This document shows positions 12,161 through 27,185 of a stretch of DNA of 64,000 bases, piece by piece. This stretch comes from Eledone cirrhosa (Eukaryota). Position 1 is the stretch's first letter. Every line of letters starts with the position of its first letter. The notes beneath the pieces are model-generated. The model made no database searches and was not told the DNA's origin. It worked only from the letters and a program-made list of their open reading frames with translations. The stretch covers positions 5,518,001 through 5,582,000 of the forward strand of contig OZ024759.1 of the NCBI GenBank assembly GCA_964016885.1, written 5' to 3'. The position numbers were made by a program, and so were the translations under genes.

Positions 12161-15100
12161 AGTTCATGGTATTAGTTTGTCAGAAGTAACTCCACTGTTG
12201 GTGAGAATTCATTTAAGTCATGGTATTAGTTGTCAGAAGTAACTCCAATGTTGGTGAGAATTCATTTAAGTCATGGTACTAGCTGTCAGAAGTAACTCCA
12301 ATGTTGGTGAGAATTCATTTAAGTTCATGGTATTAGCTGTCAGAAGGAACTCCACTGTTGGTGAGAATTCATTTAAGTTCATGGTATTAGCTGTCAGAAG
12401 TAACTCCACTGTTGGTGAGAATTCATTTAAGTTCATGGTACTAGCTGTCAGAAGTAACTCCAATGTTGGTGAGAATTCATTTAAGTTCATGGTATTAGCT
12501 GTCAGAAGTAACTCCACTGTTGGTGAGAATTCATTTAAGTCATGGTATTAGCTGTCAGAAGTAACTCCAATGTTGGTGAGAATTCATTTAAGTTCATGGT
12601 ATTAGCTGTCAGAAGTAACTCCACTGTTGGTGAGAATTCATTTAAGTTCATGGTATTAGCTGTCAGAAGTAACTCCACTGTTGGTGAGAATTCATTTAAG
12701 TTCATGGTATTAGCTGTCAGAAGTAACTCCACTGTTGGTGAGAATTCATTTAAGTCATGGTATTAGCTGTCAGAAGTAACTCCAATGTTGGTGAGAATTC
12801 ATTTAAGTTCATGGTATTAGTTGTCAGAAGTCACTCCACTGTTGGTGAAAATTCATTTAAGTTCATGGTACTAGCTGTCAGAAGTAACCCCAATGTTGGT
12901 GAGAATTCATTTAAGTTCATGTTATTAGCTGTCAGAAGTCACTCCAATGTTGGTGAGAATTCATTTAAATTCATGGTATTAGCTGTCAGAAGTAACTCCA
13001 CTGTTGGTGAGAATTCATTTAAGTTCATGGTATTAGCTGTCAGAAGTAACTCCACGGTTGGTGAGAATTCATTTAAGTTCATGGTATTAGCTGTCAGAAG
13101 TAACTCCACTGTTGGTGAGAATTCATTTAAGTTCATGGTACTAGCTGTCAGAAGGAACTCCAATGTTGGTGAGAATTCATTTAAGTCATGGTACTAGCTG
13201 TCAGAAGTAACTCCACTGTTGGTGAGAATTCATTTAAGTTCATGGTATTAGCTGTCAAAAGTAACTCCACTGTTGGTGAGAATTCATTTAAGTTCATGGT
13301 ACTAGCTGTCAGAAGTAACTCCAATGTTGGTGAGAATTCATTTAAGTTCATGGTATTAGCTGTCAGAAGGAACTCCACTGTTGGTGAGAATTCATTTAAG
13401 TTCATGGTATTAGCTGTCAGAAGTAACTCCACTGTTGGTGAGAATTCATTTAAGTTCATGGTATTAGCTGTCAGAAGTCACTCCAATGTTGGTGAGAATT
13501 CATTTAAATTCATGGTATTAGCTGTCAGAAGTCACTCCACTGTTGGTGAGAATTCATTTAAGTTCATGGTACTAGCTGTCAGAAGTAACCCCAATGTTGG
13601 TGAGAATTCATTTAAGTTCATGGTATTAGTTTGTCAGAAGTAACTCCACTGTTGGTGAGAATTCATTTAAGTCATGGTATTAGTTGTCAGAAGTAACTCC
13701 AATGTTGGTGAGAATTCATTTAAGTTCATGGTATTAGCTGTCAGAAGGAACTCCACTGTTGGTGAGAATTCATTTAAGTTCATGGTATTAGCTGTCAGAA
13801 GTAACTCCACTGTTGGTGAGTATTCATTTAAGTTCATGGTACTAGCTGTCAGAAGTAACTCCAATGTTGGTGAGAATTCATTTAAGTTCATGGTATTAGC
13901 TGTCAGAAGTAACTCCACTGTTGGTGAGTATTCATTTAAGTTCATGGTACTAGCTGTCAGAAGTAACTCCAATGTTGGTGAGAATTCATTTAAGTTCATG
14001 GTATTAGCTGTCAGAAGGAACACAACTGTTGGTGAGAATTCATTTAAGTTCATGGTATTAGCTGTCAGAAGTAACTCCACTGTTGGTGAGAATTCATTTA
14101 AATTCATGGTATTAGCTGTCAGAAGTAACTCCAATGTTGGTGAGAATTCATTTAAGTTCATGGTATTAGCTGTCAGAAGTAACTCCACTGTTGGTGAGAA
14201 TTCATTTAAGTCATGGTATTAGCTGTCAGAAGTAACTCCATTGTTGGTGAGAATTCATTTAAGTCATGGTACTAGCTGTCAGAAGTAACTCCACTGTTGG
14301 TGAGAATTCATTTAAGTTCATGGTATTAGTTTGTCAGAAGTAACTCCACTGTTGGTGAGAATTCATTTAAGTCATGGTATTAGTTGTCAGAATTAACTCC
14401 AATGTTGGTGAGAATTCATTTAATTCATGGTACTAGCTGTCAGAAGTAACTCCATTGTTGGTGAGAATTCATTTAAGTTCATGGTACTAGCTGTCAGAAG
14501 TAACTCCACTGTTGGTGAGAATTCATTTAAGTTCATGGTATTAGTTTGTCAGAAGTAACTCCACTGTTGGTGAGAATTCATTTAAGTCATGGTATTAGTT
14601 GTCAGAAGTAACTCCAATGTTGGTGAGAATTCATTTAAGTCATGGTACTAGCTGTCAGAAGTAACTCCAATGTTGGTGAGAATTCATTTAAGTTCATGGT
14701 ATTAGCTGTCAGAAGGAACTCCACTGTTGGTGAGAATTCATTTAAGTTCATGGTATTAGCTGTCAGAAGTAACTCCACTGTTGGTGAGAATTCATTTAAG
14801 TTCATGGTACTAGCTGTCAGAAGTAACTCCAATGTTGGTGAGAATTCATTTAAGTTCATGGTATTAGCTGTCCGAAGTAACTCCACTGTTGGTGAGAATT
14901 CATTTAAGTCATGGTATTAGCTGTCAGAAGTAACTCCAATGTTGGTGAGAATTCATTTAAGTTCATGGTATTAGCTGTCAGAAGTAACTCCACTGTTGGT
15001 GAGAATTCATTTAAGTTCATGGTATTAGCTGTCAGAAGTAACTCCACTGTTGGTGAGAATTCATTTAAGTTCATGGTATTAGCTGTCAGAAGTAACTCCA

Positions 15101-18100
15101 CTGTTGGTGAGAATTCATTTAAGTCATGGTATTAGCTGTCAGAAGTAACTCCAATGTTGGTGAGAATTCATTTAAGTTCATGGTATTAGTTGTCAGAAGT
15201 CACTCCACTGTTGGTGAAAATTCATTTAAGTTCATGGTACTAGCTGTCAGAAGTAACCCCAATGTTGGTGAGAATTCATTTAAGTTCATGTTATTAGCTG
15301 TCAGAAGTCACTCCAATGTTGGTGAGAATTCATTTAAATTCATGGTATTAGCTGTCAGAAGTAACTCCACTGTTGGTGAGAATTCATTTAAGTTCATGGT
15401 ATTAGCTGTCAGAAGTAACTCCACGGTTGGTGAGAATTCATTTAAGTTCATGGTATTAGCTGTCAGAAGTAACTCCACTGTTGGTGAGAATTCATTTAAG
15501 TTCATGGTATTAGCTGTCAGAAGGAACTCCAATGTTGGTGAGAATTCATTTAAGTCATGGTACTAGCTGTCAGAAGTAACTCCACTGTTGGTGAGAATTC
15601 ATTTAAGTTCATGGTATTAGCTGTCAAAAGTAACTCCACTGTTGGTGAGAATTCATTTAAGTTCATGGTACTAGCTGTCAGAAGTAACTCCAATGTTGGT
15701 GAGAATTCATTTAAGTTCATGGTATTAGCTGTCAGAAGGAACTCCACTGTTGGTGAGAATTCATTTAAGTTCATGGTATTAGCTGTCAGAAGTAACTCCA
15801 CTGTTGGTGAGAATTCATTTAAGTTCATGGTATTAGCTGTCAGAAGTCACTCCAATGTTGGTGAGAATTCATTTAAATTCATGGTATTAGCTGTCAGAAG
15901 TCACTCCACTGTTGGTGAGAATTCATTTAAGTTCATGGTATTAGTTTGTCAGAAGTAACTCCACTGTTGGTGAGAATTCATTTAAGTCATGGTATTAGTT
16001 GTCAGAAGTAACTCCACTGTTGGTGAGAATTCATTTAAGTTCATGGTATTAGCTGTCAGAAGGAACTCCACTGTTGGTGAGAATTCATTTAAGTTCATGG
16101 TATTAGCTGTCAGAAGTAACTCCACTGTTGGTGAGAATTCATTTAAGTTCGTGGTACTAGCTGTCAGAAGTAACTCCAATGTTGGTGAGAATTCATTTAA
16201 GTTCATGGTATTAGCTGTCAGAAGTAACTCCACTGTTGGTGAGAATTCATTTAAGTCATGGTATTAGCTGTCAGAAGTAACTCCACTGTTGGTGAGAATT
16301 CATTTAAGTCATGGTATTAGCTGTCAGAAGTAACTCCAATGTTGGTGAGAATTCATTTAAGTTCATGGTATTAGCTGTCAGAAGTAACTCCACTGTTGGT
16401 GAGAATTCATTTAAATTCATGGTATTAGCTGTCAGAAGTAACCCCAATGTTGGTGAGAATTCATTTAAGTTCATGGTATTAGTTTGTCAGAAGTAACTCC
16501 ACTGTTGGTGAGAATTCATTTAAGTCATGGTACTAGCTGTCAGAAGTAACTCCAATGTTGGTGAGAATTCATTTAAGTTCATGGTATTAGCTGTCAGAAG
16601 GAACACCACTGTTGGTGAGAATTCATTTAAGTTCATGGTATTAGCTGTCAGAAGTAACTCCACTGTTGGTGAGAATTCATTTAAGTTCGTGGTACTAGCT
16701 GTCAGAAGTAACTCCAATGTTGGTGAGAATTCATTTAAGTTCATGGTATTAGCTGTCAGAAGTAACTCCACTGTTGGTGAGAATTCATTTAAGTCATGGT
16801 ATTAGCTGTCAGAAGTAACTCCATTGTTGGTGAGAATTCATTTAAGTCATGGTACTAGCTGTCAGAAGTAACTCCACTGTTGGTGAGAATTCATTTAAGT
16901 TCATGGTATTAGTTTGTCAGAAGTAACTCCACTGTTGGTGAGAATTCATTTAAGTCATGGTATTAGTTGTCAGAATTAACTCCAATGTTGGTGAGAATTC
17001 ATTTAATTCATGGTACTAGCTGTCAGAAGTAACTCCATTGTTGGTGAGAATTCATTTAAGTTCATGGTACTAGCTGTCAGAAGTAACTCCACTGTTGGTG
17101 AGAATTCATTTAAGTTCATGGTATTAGTTTGTCAGAAGTAACTCCACTGTTGGTGAGAATTCATTTAAGTCATGGTATTAGTTGTCAGAATTAACTCCAA
17201 TGTTGGTGAGAATTCATTTAATTCATGGTACTAGCTGTCAGAAGTAACTCCATTGTTGGTGAGAATTCATTTAAGTTCATGGTACTAGCTGTCAGAAGTA
17301 ACTCCACTGTTGGTGAGAATTCATTTAAGTTCATGGTATTAGTTTGTCAGAAGTAACTCCACTGTTGGTGAGAATTCATTTAAGTCATGGTATTAGTTGT
17401 CAGAAGTAACTCCAATGTTGGTGAGAATTCATTTAAGTCATGGTACTAGCTGTCAGAAGTAACTCCAATGTTGGTGAGAATTCATTTAAGTTCATGGTAT
17501 TAGCTGTCAGAAGAAACTCCACTGTTGGTGAGAATTCATTTAAGTTCATGGTATTAGCTGTCAGAAGTAACTCCACTGTTGGTGAGAATTCATTTAAGTT
17601 CATGGTACTAGCTGTCAGAAGTAACTCCAATGTTGGTGAGAATTCATTTAAGTTCATGGTATTAGCTGTCAGAAGTAACTCCACTGTTGGTGAGAATTCA
17701 TTTAAGTCATGGTATTAGCTGTCAGAAGTAACTCCAATGTTGGTGAGAATTCATTTAAGTTCATGGTATTAGCTGTCAGAAGTAACTCCACTGTTGGTGA
17801 GAATTCATTTAAGTTCATGGTATTAGCTGTCAGAAGTAACTCCACTGTTGGTGAGAATTCATTTAAGTTCATGGTATTAGCTGTCAGAAGTAACTCCACT
17901 GTTGGTGAGAATTCATTTAAGTCATGGTATTAGCTGTCAGAAGTAACTCCAATGTTGGTGAGAATTCATTTAAGTTCATGGTATTAGTTGTCAGAAGTCA
18001 CTCCACTGTTGGTGAAAATTCATTTAAGTTCATGGTACTAGCTGTCAGAAGTAACCCCAATGTTGGTGAGAATTCATTTAAGTTCATGTTATTAGCTGTC

Positions 18101-21100
18101 AGAAGTCACTCCAATGTTGGTGAGAATTCATTTAAATTCATGGTATTAGCTGTCAGAAGTAACTCCACTGTTGGTGAGAATTCATTTAAGTTCATGGTAT
18201 TAGCTGTCAGAAGTAACTCCACGGTTGGTGAGAATTCATTTAAGTTCATGGTATTAGCTGTCAGAAGTAACTCCACTGTTGGTGAGAATTCATTTAAGTT
18301 CATGGTATTAGCTGTCAGAAGGAACTCCAATGTTGGTGAGAATTCATTTAAGTCATGGTACTAGCTGTCAGAAGTAACTCCACTGTTGGTGAGAATTCAT
18401 TTAAGTTCATGGTATTAGCTGTCAAAAGTAACTCCACTGTTGGTGAGAATTCATTTAAGTTCATGGTACTAGCTGTCAGAAGTAACTCCAATGTTGGTGA
18501 GAATTCATTTAAGTTCATGGTATTAGCTGTCAGAAGGAACTCCACTGTTGGTGAGAATTCATTTAAGTTCATGGTATTAGCTGTCAGAAGTAACTCCACT
18601 GTTGGTGAGAATTCATTTAAGTTCATGGTATTAGCTGTCAGAAGTCACTCCAATGTTGGTGAGAATTCATTTAAATTCATGGTATTAGCTGTCAGAAGTC
18701 ACTCCACTGTTGGTGAGAATTCATTTAAGTTCATGGTACTAGCTGTCAGAAGTAACCCCAATGTTGGTGAGAATTCATTTAAGTTCATGGTATTAGTTTG
18801 TCAGAAGTAACTCCACTGTTGGTGAGAATTCATTTAAGTCATGGTATTAGTTGTCAGAAGTAACTCCAATGTTGGTGAGAATTCATTTAAGTTCATGGTA
18901 TTAGCTGTCAGAAGGAACTCCACTGTTGGTGAGAATTCATTTAAGTTCATGGTATTAGCTGTCAGAAGTAACTCCACTGTTGGTGAGTATTCATTTAAGT
19001 TCATGGTACTAGCTGTCAGAAGTAACTCCAATGTTGGTGAGAATTCATTTAAGTTCATGGTATTAGCTGTCAGAAGTAACTCCACTGTTGGTGAGAATTC
19101 ATTTAAGTCATGGTATTAGCTGTCAGAAGTAACTCCAATGTTGGTGAGAATTCATTTAAGTTCATGGTATTAGCTGTCAGAAGTAACTCCACTGTTGGTG
19201 AGAATTCATTTAAATTCATGGTATTAGCTGTCAGAAGTAACCCCAATGTTGGTGAGAATTCATTTAAGTTCATGGTATTAGTTTGTCAGAAGTAACTCCA
19301 CTGTTGGTGAGAATTCATTTAAGTCATGGTATTAGTTGTCAGAAGTAACTCCAATGTTGGTGAGAATTAATTTAAGTCATGGTACTAGCTGTCAGAAGTA
19401 ACTCCAATGTTGGTGAGAATTCATTTAAGTTCATGGTATTAGCTGTCAGAAGGAACACCACTGTTGGTGAGAATTCATTTAAGTTCATGGTATTAGCTGT
19501 CAGAAGTAACTCCACTGTTGGTGAGAATTCATTTAAGTTCGTGGTACTAGCTGTCAGAAGTAACTCCAATGTTGGTGAGAATTCATTTAAGTTCATGGTA
19601 TTAGCTGTCAGAAGTAACTCCACTGTTGGTGAGAATTCATTTAAGTCATGGTATTAGCTGTCAGAAGTAACTCCATTGTTGGTGAGAATTCATTTAAGTC
19701 ATGGTACTAGCTGTCAGAAGTAACTCCACTGTTGGTGAGAATTCATTTAAGTTCATGGTATTAGTTTGTCAGAAGTAACTCCACTGTTGGTGAGAATTCA
19801 TTTAAGTCATGGTATTAGTTGTCAGAATTAACTCCAATGTTGGTGAGAATTCATTTAATTCATGGTACTAGCTGTCAGAAGTAACTCCATTGTTGGTGAG
19901 AATTCATTTAAGTTCATGGTACTAGCTGTCAGAAGTAACTCCACTGTTGGTGAGAATTCATTTAAGTTCATGGTATTAGTTTGTCAGAAGTAACTCCACT
20001 GTTGGTGAGAATTCATTTAAGTCATGGTATTAGTTGTCAGAAGTAACTCCAATGTTGGTGAGAATTCATTTAAGTCATGGTACTAGCTGTCATAAGTAAC
20101 TCCAATGTTGGTGAGAATTCATTTAAGTTCATGGTATTAGCTGTCAGAAGGAACTCCACTGTTGGTGAGAATTCATTTAAGTTCATGGTATTAGCTGTCA
20201 GAAGTAACTCCACTGTTGGTGAGAATTCATTTAAGTTCATGGTACTAGCTGTCAGAAGTAACTCCAATGTTGGTGAGAATTCATTTAAGTTCATGGTATT
20301 AGCTGTCAGAAGTAACTCCACTGTTGGTGAGAATTCATTTAAGTCATGGTATTAGCTGTCAGAAGTAACTCCAATGTTGGTGAGAATTCATTTAAGTTCA
20401 TGGTATTAGCTGTCAGAAGTAACTCCACTGTTGGTGAGAATTCATTTAAGTTCATGGTATTAGCTGTCAGAAGTAACTCCACTGTTGGTGAGAATTCATT
20501 TAAGTTCATGGTATTAGCTGTCAGAAGTAACTCCACTGTTGGTGAGAATTCATTTAAGTCATGGTATTAGCTGTCAGAAGTAACTCCAATGTTGGTGAGA
20601 ATTCATTTAAGTTCATGGTATTAGTTGTCAGAAGTCACTCCACTGTTGGTGAGAATTCATTTAAGTTCATGGTACTAGCTGTCAGAAGTAACCCCAATGT
20701 TGGTGAGAATTCATTTAAGTTCATGTTATTAGCTGTCAGAAGTCACTCCAATGTTGGTGAGAATTCATTTAAATTCATGGTATTAGCTGTCAGAAGTAAC
20801 TCCACTGTTGGTGAGAATTCATTTAAGTTCATGGTATTAGCTGTCAGAAGTAACTCCACGGTTGGTGAGAATTCATTTAAGTTCATGGTATTAGCTGTCA
20901 GAAGTAACTCCACTGTTGGTGAGAATTCATTTAAGTTCATGGTATTAGCTGTCAGAAGGAACTCCAATGTTGGTGAGAATTCATTTAAGTCATGGTACTA
21001 GCTGTCAGAAGTAACTCCACTGTTGGTGAGAATTCATTTAAGTTCATGGTATTAGCTGTCAAAAGTAACTCCACTGTTGGTGAGAATTCATTTAACTTCA

Positions 21101-24100
21101 TGGTACTAGCTGTCAGAAGTAACTCCAATGTTGGTGAGAATTCATTTAAGTTCATGGTATTAGCTGTCAGAAGGAACTCCACTGTTGGTGAGAATTCATT
21201 TAAGTTCATGGTATTAGCTGTCAGAAGTAACTCCACTGTTGGTGAGAATTCATTTAAGTTCATGGTATTAGCTGTCAGAAGTCACTCCAATGTTGGTGAG
21301 AATTCATTTAAATTCATGGTATTAGCTGTCAGAAGTCACTCCACTGTTGGTGAGAATTCATTTAAGTTCATGGTACTAGCTGTCAGAAGTAACCCCAATG
21401 TTGGTGAGAATTCATTTAAGTTCATGGTATTAGTTTGTCAGAAGTAACTCCACTGTTGGTGAGAATTCATTTAAGTCATGGTATTAGTTGTCAGAAGTAA
21501 CTCCAATGTTGGTGAGAATTCATTTAAGTTCATGGTATTAGCTGTCAGAAGGAACTCCACTGTTAGTGAGAATTCATTTAAGTTCATGGTATTAGCTGTC
21601 AGAAGTAACTCCACTGTTGGTGAGTATTCATTTAAGTTCATGGTACTAGCTGTCAGAAGTAACTCCAATGTTGGTGAGAATTCATTTAAGTTCATGGTAT
21701 TAGCTGTCAGAAGTAACTCCACTGTTGGTGAGAATTCATTTAAGTCATGGTATTAGCTGTCAGAAGTAACTCCAATGTTGGTGAGAATTCATTTAAGTTC
21801 ATGGTATTAGCTGTCAGAAGTAACTCCACTGTTGGTGAGAATTCATTTAAGTTCATGGTATTAGCTGTCAGAAGTAACTCCACTGTTGGTGAGAATTCAT
21901 TTAAGTTCATGGTACTAGCTGTCAGAAGAAACTCCACTGTTGGTGAGAATTAATTTAAGTTCATGGTATTAGTTTGTCAGAAGTAACTCCACTGTTGGTG
22001 AGAATTCATTTAAGTCATGGTATTATTTGTCAGAAGTAACTCCAATGTTGGTGAGAATTCATTTAAGTTCATGGTATTAGCTGTCAGAAGTAACTCCACT
22101 GTTGGTGAGAATTCATTTAAGTCATGGTATTAGCTGTCAGAAGTAACTCCATTGTTGGTGAGAATTCATTTAAGTTCATGGTACTAGCTGTCAGAAATAA
22201 CTCCACTGTTGGTGAGAATTCATTTAAGTTCATGGTATTAGCTGTCAGAAGTAACTCCACTGTTGGTGAGAATTCATTTAAGTTCATGGTATTAGCTGTC
22301 AGAAGTAACTCCACTGTTGGTGAGAATTCATTTAAGTCATGGTATTAGCTGTCAGAAGTAACTCCAATGTTGGTGAGAATTCATTTAAGTTCATGGTATT
22401 AGTTGTCAGAAGTCACTCCACTGTTGGTGAGAATTCATTTAAGTTCATGGTCCTAGCTGTCAGAAGTAACCCCAATGTTGGTGAGAATTCATTTAAGTTC
22501 ATGTTATTAGCTGTCAGAAGACACTCCAATGTTGGTGAGAATTCATTTAAGTTCATGGTATTAGCTGTCAGAAGTAACTCCACAGTTGGTGAGAATTCAT
22601 TTAAGTTCATGGTATAAGCTGTCAGAAGTAACTCCACTGTTGGTGAGAATTCATTTAAGTTCATGGTATTAGCTGTCAGAAGGAACTCCAATGTTGGTGA
22701 GAATTCATTTAAGTCATGGTACTAGCTGTCAGAAGTAACTCCACTGTTGGTGAGAATTCATTTAAGTTCATGGTATTATCTGTCAGAAGTAACTCCACTG
22801 TTGGTGAGAATTCATTTAAGTTCATGGTACTAGCCGTCAGAAGTAACTCCAATGTTGGTGAGAATTCATTTAAGTTCATGGTATTAGCTGTCAGAAGGAA
22901 CTCCACTGTTGGTGAGAATTCATTTAAGTTCATGGTATTAGCTGTCAGAAGTAACTCCACTGTTGGTGAGAATTCATTTAAGTTCATGGTATTAGCTGTC
23001 AGAAGTCACTCCAATGTTGGTGAGAATTCATTTAAATTCATGGTAGTAGCTGTCAGAAGTCACTCCACTGTTGGTGAGAATTCATTTAAGTTCATGGTAC
23101 TAGCTGTCAGAAGTAACCCTAATGTTGGTGAGAATTCATTTAAGTTCATGGTATTAGTTTGTGAGAAGTAACTCCACTGTTGGTGAGAATTCATTTAAGT
23201 CATGGTATTAGTTGTCAGAAGTAACTCCAATGTTGGTGAGAATTCATTTAAGTCATGGTACTAGCTGTCAGAAGTAACTCCAATGTTGGTGAGAATTCAT
23301 TTAAGTTCATGGTATTAGCTGTCAGAAGGAACACCACTGTTGGTGAGAATTCATTTAAGTTCATGGTATTAGCTGTCAGAAGTAACTCCACTGTTGGTGA
23401 GAATTCATTTAAGTTCATGGTACTAGCTGTCAGAAGTAACTCCAATGTTGGTGAGAATTCATTTAAGTTCATGGTATTAGCTGTCAGAAGTAACTCCACT
23501 GTTGGTGAGAATTCATTTAAGTCATGGTATTAGCTGTCAAAAGTAACTCCAATGTTGGTGAGAATTCATTTAAGTTCATGGTATTAGCTGTCAGAAGTAA
23601 CTCCACTGTTGGTGAGAATTCATTTAAGTTCATGGTACTAGCTGTCAGAAGTAACTCCACTGTTGGTGAGAATTCATTTAAGTTCATGGTATTAGTTTGT
23701 CAGAAGTAACTCCACTGTTGGTGAGAATTCATTTAAGTCATGGTATTAGTTGTCAGAAGTAACTCCAATGTTGGTGAGAATTCATTTAAGTTCATGGTAT
23801 TAGCTGTCAGAAGTAACTCCACTGTTGGTGAGAATTCATTTAAGTCATGGTATTAGCTGTCAGAAGTAACTCCATTGTTGGTGAGAATTCATTTAAGTCA
23901 TGGTACTAGCTGTCAGAAGTAACTCCACTGTTGGTGAGAATTCATTTAAGTTCATGGTATTAGTTTGTCAGAAGTAACTCCACTGTTGGTGAGAATTCAT
24001 TTAAGTCATGGTATTAGTTGTCAGAAGTAACTCCAATGTTGGTGAGAATTCATTTAATTCATGGTACTAGCTGTCAGAAGTAACTCCATTGTTGGTGAGA

Positions 24101-25674
24101 ATTCATTTAAGTTCATGGTACTAGCTGTCAGAAGTAACTCCACTGTTGGTGAGAATTCATTTAAGTTCATGGTATTAGTTTGTCAGAAGTAACTCCACTG
24201 TTGGTGAGAATTCATTTAAGTCATGGTATTAGTTGTCAGAAGTAACTCCAATGTTGGTGAGAATTCATTTAAGTCATGGTACTAGCTGTCAGAAGTAACT
24301 CCAATGTTGGTGAGAATTCATTTAAGTTCATGGTATTAGCTGTCAGAAGGAACTCCACTGTTGGTGAGAATTCATTTAAGTTCATGGTATTAGCTGTCAG
24401 AAGTAACTCCACTGTTGGTGAGAATTCATTTAAGTTCATGGTACTAGCTGTCACAAGTAACCCCAATGTTGGTGAGAATTCATTTAAGTTCATGGTATTA
24501 GTTTGTCAGAAGTAACTCCACTGTTGGTGAGAATTCATTTAAGTCATGGTATTATTTGTCAGAAGTAACTCCAATGTTGGTGAGAATTCATTTAAGTTCA
24601 TGGTATTAGCTGTCAGAAGTAACTCCACTGTTGGTGAGAATTCATTTAAGTCATGGTATTAGCTGTCAGAAGTAACTCCATTGTTGGTGAGAATTCATTT
24701 AAGTTCATGGTACTAGCTGTCAGAAATAACTCCACTGTTGGTGAGAATTCATTTAAGTTCATGGTATTAGCTGTCAGAAGTAACTCCACTGTTGGTGAGA
24801 ATTCATTTAAGTTCATGGTATTAGCTGTCAGAAGTAACTCCACTGTTGGTGAGAATTCATTTAAGTCATGGTATTAGCTGTCAGAAGTAACTCCAATGTT
24901 GGTGAGAATTCATTTAAGTTCATGGTATTAGTTGTCAGAAGTCACTCCACTGTTGGTGAGAATTCATTTAAGTTCATGGTCCTAGCTGTCAGAAGTAACC
25001 CCAATGTTGGTGAGAATTCATTTAAGTTCATGTTATTAGCTGTCAGAAGACACTCCAATGTTGGTGAGAATTCATTTAAGTTCATGGTATTAGCTGTCAG
25101 AAGTAACTCCACAGTTGGTGAGAATTCATTTAAGTTCATGGTATAAGCTGTCAGAAGTAACTCCACTGTTGGTGAGAATTCATTTAAGTTCATGGTATTA
25201 GCTGTCAGAAGGAACTCCAATGTTGGTGAGAATTCATTTAAGTCATGGTACTAGCTGTCAGAAGTAACTCCACTGTTGGTGAGAATTCATTTAAGTTCAT
25301 GGTATTATCTGTCAGAAGTAACTCCACTGTTGGTGAGAATTCATTTAAGTTCATGGTACTAGCCGTCAGAAGTAACTCCAATGTTGGTGAGAATTCATTT
25401 AAGTTCATGGTATTAGCTGTCAGAAGGAACTCCACTGTTGGTGAGAATTCATTTAAGTTCATGGTATTAGCTGTCAGAAGTAACTCCACTGTTGGTGAGA
25501 ATTCATTTAAGTTCATGGTATTAGCTGTCAGAAGTCACTCCAATGTTGGTGAGAATTCATTTAAATTCATGGTAGTAGCTGTCAGAAGTCACTCCACTGT
25601 TGGTGAGAATTCATTTAAGTTCATGGTACTAGCTGTCAGAAGTAACCCCAATGTTGGTGAGAATTCATTTAAGT

Positions 25675-27185
25675 TCATGGTATTAGTTTGTGAGAAGTAA
25701 CTCCACTGTTGGTGAGAATTCATTTAAGTCATGGTATTAGTTGTCAGAAGTAACTCCAATGTTGGTGAGAATTCATTTAAGTCATGGTACTAGCTGTCAG
25801 AAGTAACTCCAATGTTGGTGAGAATTCATTTAAGTTCATGGTATTAGCTGTCAGAAGGAACACCACTGTTGGTGAGAATTCATTTAAGTTCATGGTATTA
25901 GTTTGTCAGAAGTAACTCCACTGTTGGTGAGAATTCATTTAAGTCATGGTATTAGTTGTCAGAAGTAACTCCAATGTTGGTGAGAATTCATTTAAGTTCA
26001 TGGTATTAGCTGTCAGAAGGAACTCCACTGTTAGTGAGAATTCATTTAAGTTCATGGTATTAGCTGTCAGAAGTAACTCCACTGTTGGTGAGTATTCATT
26101 TAAGTTCATGGTACTAGCTGTCAGAAGTAACTCCAATGTTGGTGAGAATTCATTTAAGTTCATGGTATTAGCTGTCAGAAGTAACTCCACTGTTGGTGAG
26201 AATTCATTTAAGTCATGGTATTAGCTGTCAGAAGTAACTCCAATGTTGGTGAGAATTCATTTAAGTTCATGGTATTAGCTGTCAGAAGTAACTCCACTGT
26301 TGGTGAGAATTCATTTAAGTTCATGGTATTAGCTGTCAGAAGTAACTCCACTGTTGGTGAGAATTCATTTAAGTTCATGGTACTAGCTGTCAGAAGAAAC
26401 TCCACTGTTGGTGAGAATTAATTTAAGTTCATGGTATTAGTTTGTGAGAAGTAACTCCACTGTTGGTGAGAATTCATTTAAGTCATGGTATTAGTTGTCA
26501 GAAGTAACTCCAATGTTGGTGAGAATTCATTTAAGTCATGGTACTAGCTGTCAGAAGTAACTCCAATGTTGGTGAGAATTCATTTAAGTTCATGGTATTA
26601 GCTGTCAGAAGGAACACCACTGTTGGTGAGAATTCATTTAAGTTCATGGTATTAGTTTGTCAGAAGTAACTCCACTGTTGGTGAGAATTCATTTAAGTCA
26701 TGGTATTAGTTGTCAGAAGTAACTCCAATGTTGGTGAGAATTCATTTAAGTTCATGGTATTAGCTGTCAGAAGGAACTCCACTGTTAGTGAGAATTCATT
26801 TAAGTTCATGGTATTAGCTGTCAGAAGTAACTCCACTGTTGGTGAGTATTCATTTAAGTTCATGGTACTAGCTGTCAGAAGTAACTCCAATGTTGGTGAG
26901 AATTCATTTAAGTTCATGGTATTAGCTGTCAGAAGTAACTCCACTGTTGGTGAGAATTCATTTAAGTCATGGTATTAGCTGTCAGAAGTAACTCCAATGT
27001 TGGTGAGAATTCATTTAAGTTCATGGTATTAGCTGTCAGAAGTAACTCCACTGTTGGTGAGAATTCATTTAAGTTCATGGTATTAGCTGTCAGAAGTAAC
27101 TCCACTGTTGGTGAGAATTCATTTAAGTTCATGGTACTAGCTGTCAGAAGAAACTCCACTGTTGGTGAGAATTAATTTAAGTTCA
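25675..27185. repeat. 754-bp (14-monomer) tandem duplication
   Basis: Offsets 25946/26700 and 26215/26969. Markers tttgtGag, ggaacAcc, gttAgtgag, gagTattc, agaAactcc and gaattAattt repeat at 754. Confidence 0.88.

Larger units (their letters stand above)
1..21470. repeat. HOR domain A: variable-length higher-order repeat of ~39-53 monomers (2.1-2.85 kb), 8 full periods
   Basis: The same variant cassette restarts at 164, 2963, 5546, 7645, 10336, 13188, 15557, 18355 and 20992 (spacings 2799, 2583, 2099, 2691, 2852, 2369, 2798, 2637). Typical markers: ccacGgtt, ggtgaAaatt, gtcaAaagt, gagTattc, ttcGtggt, cagaaTtaac followed by ttaattcatg. Confidence 0.9.
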
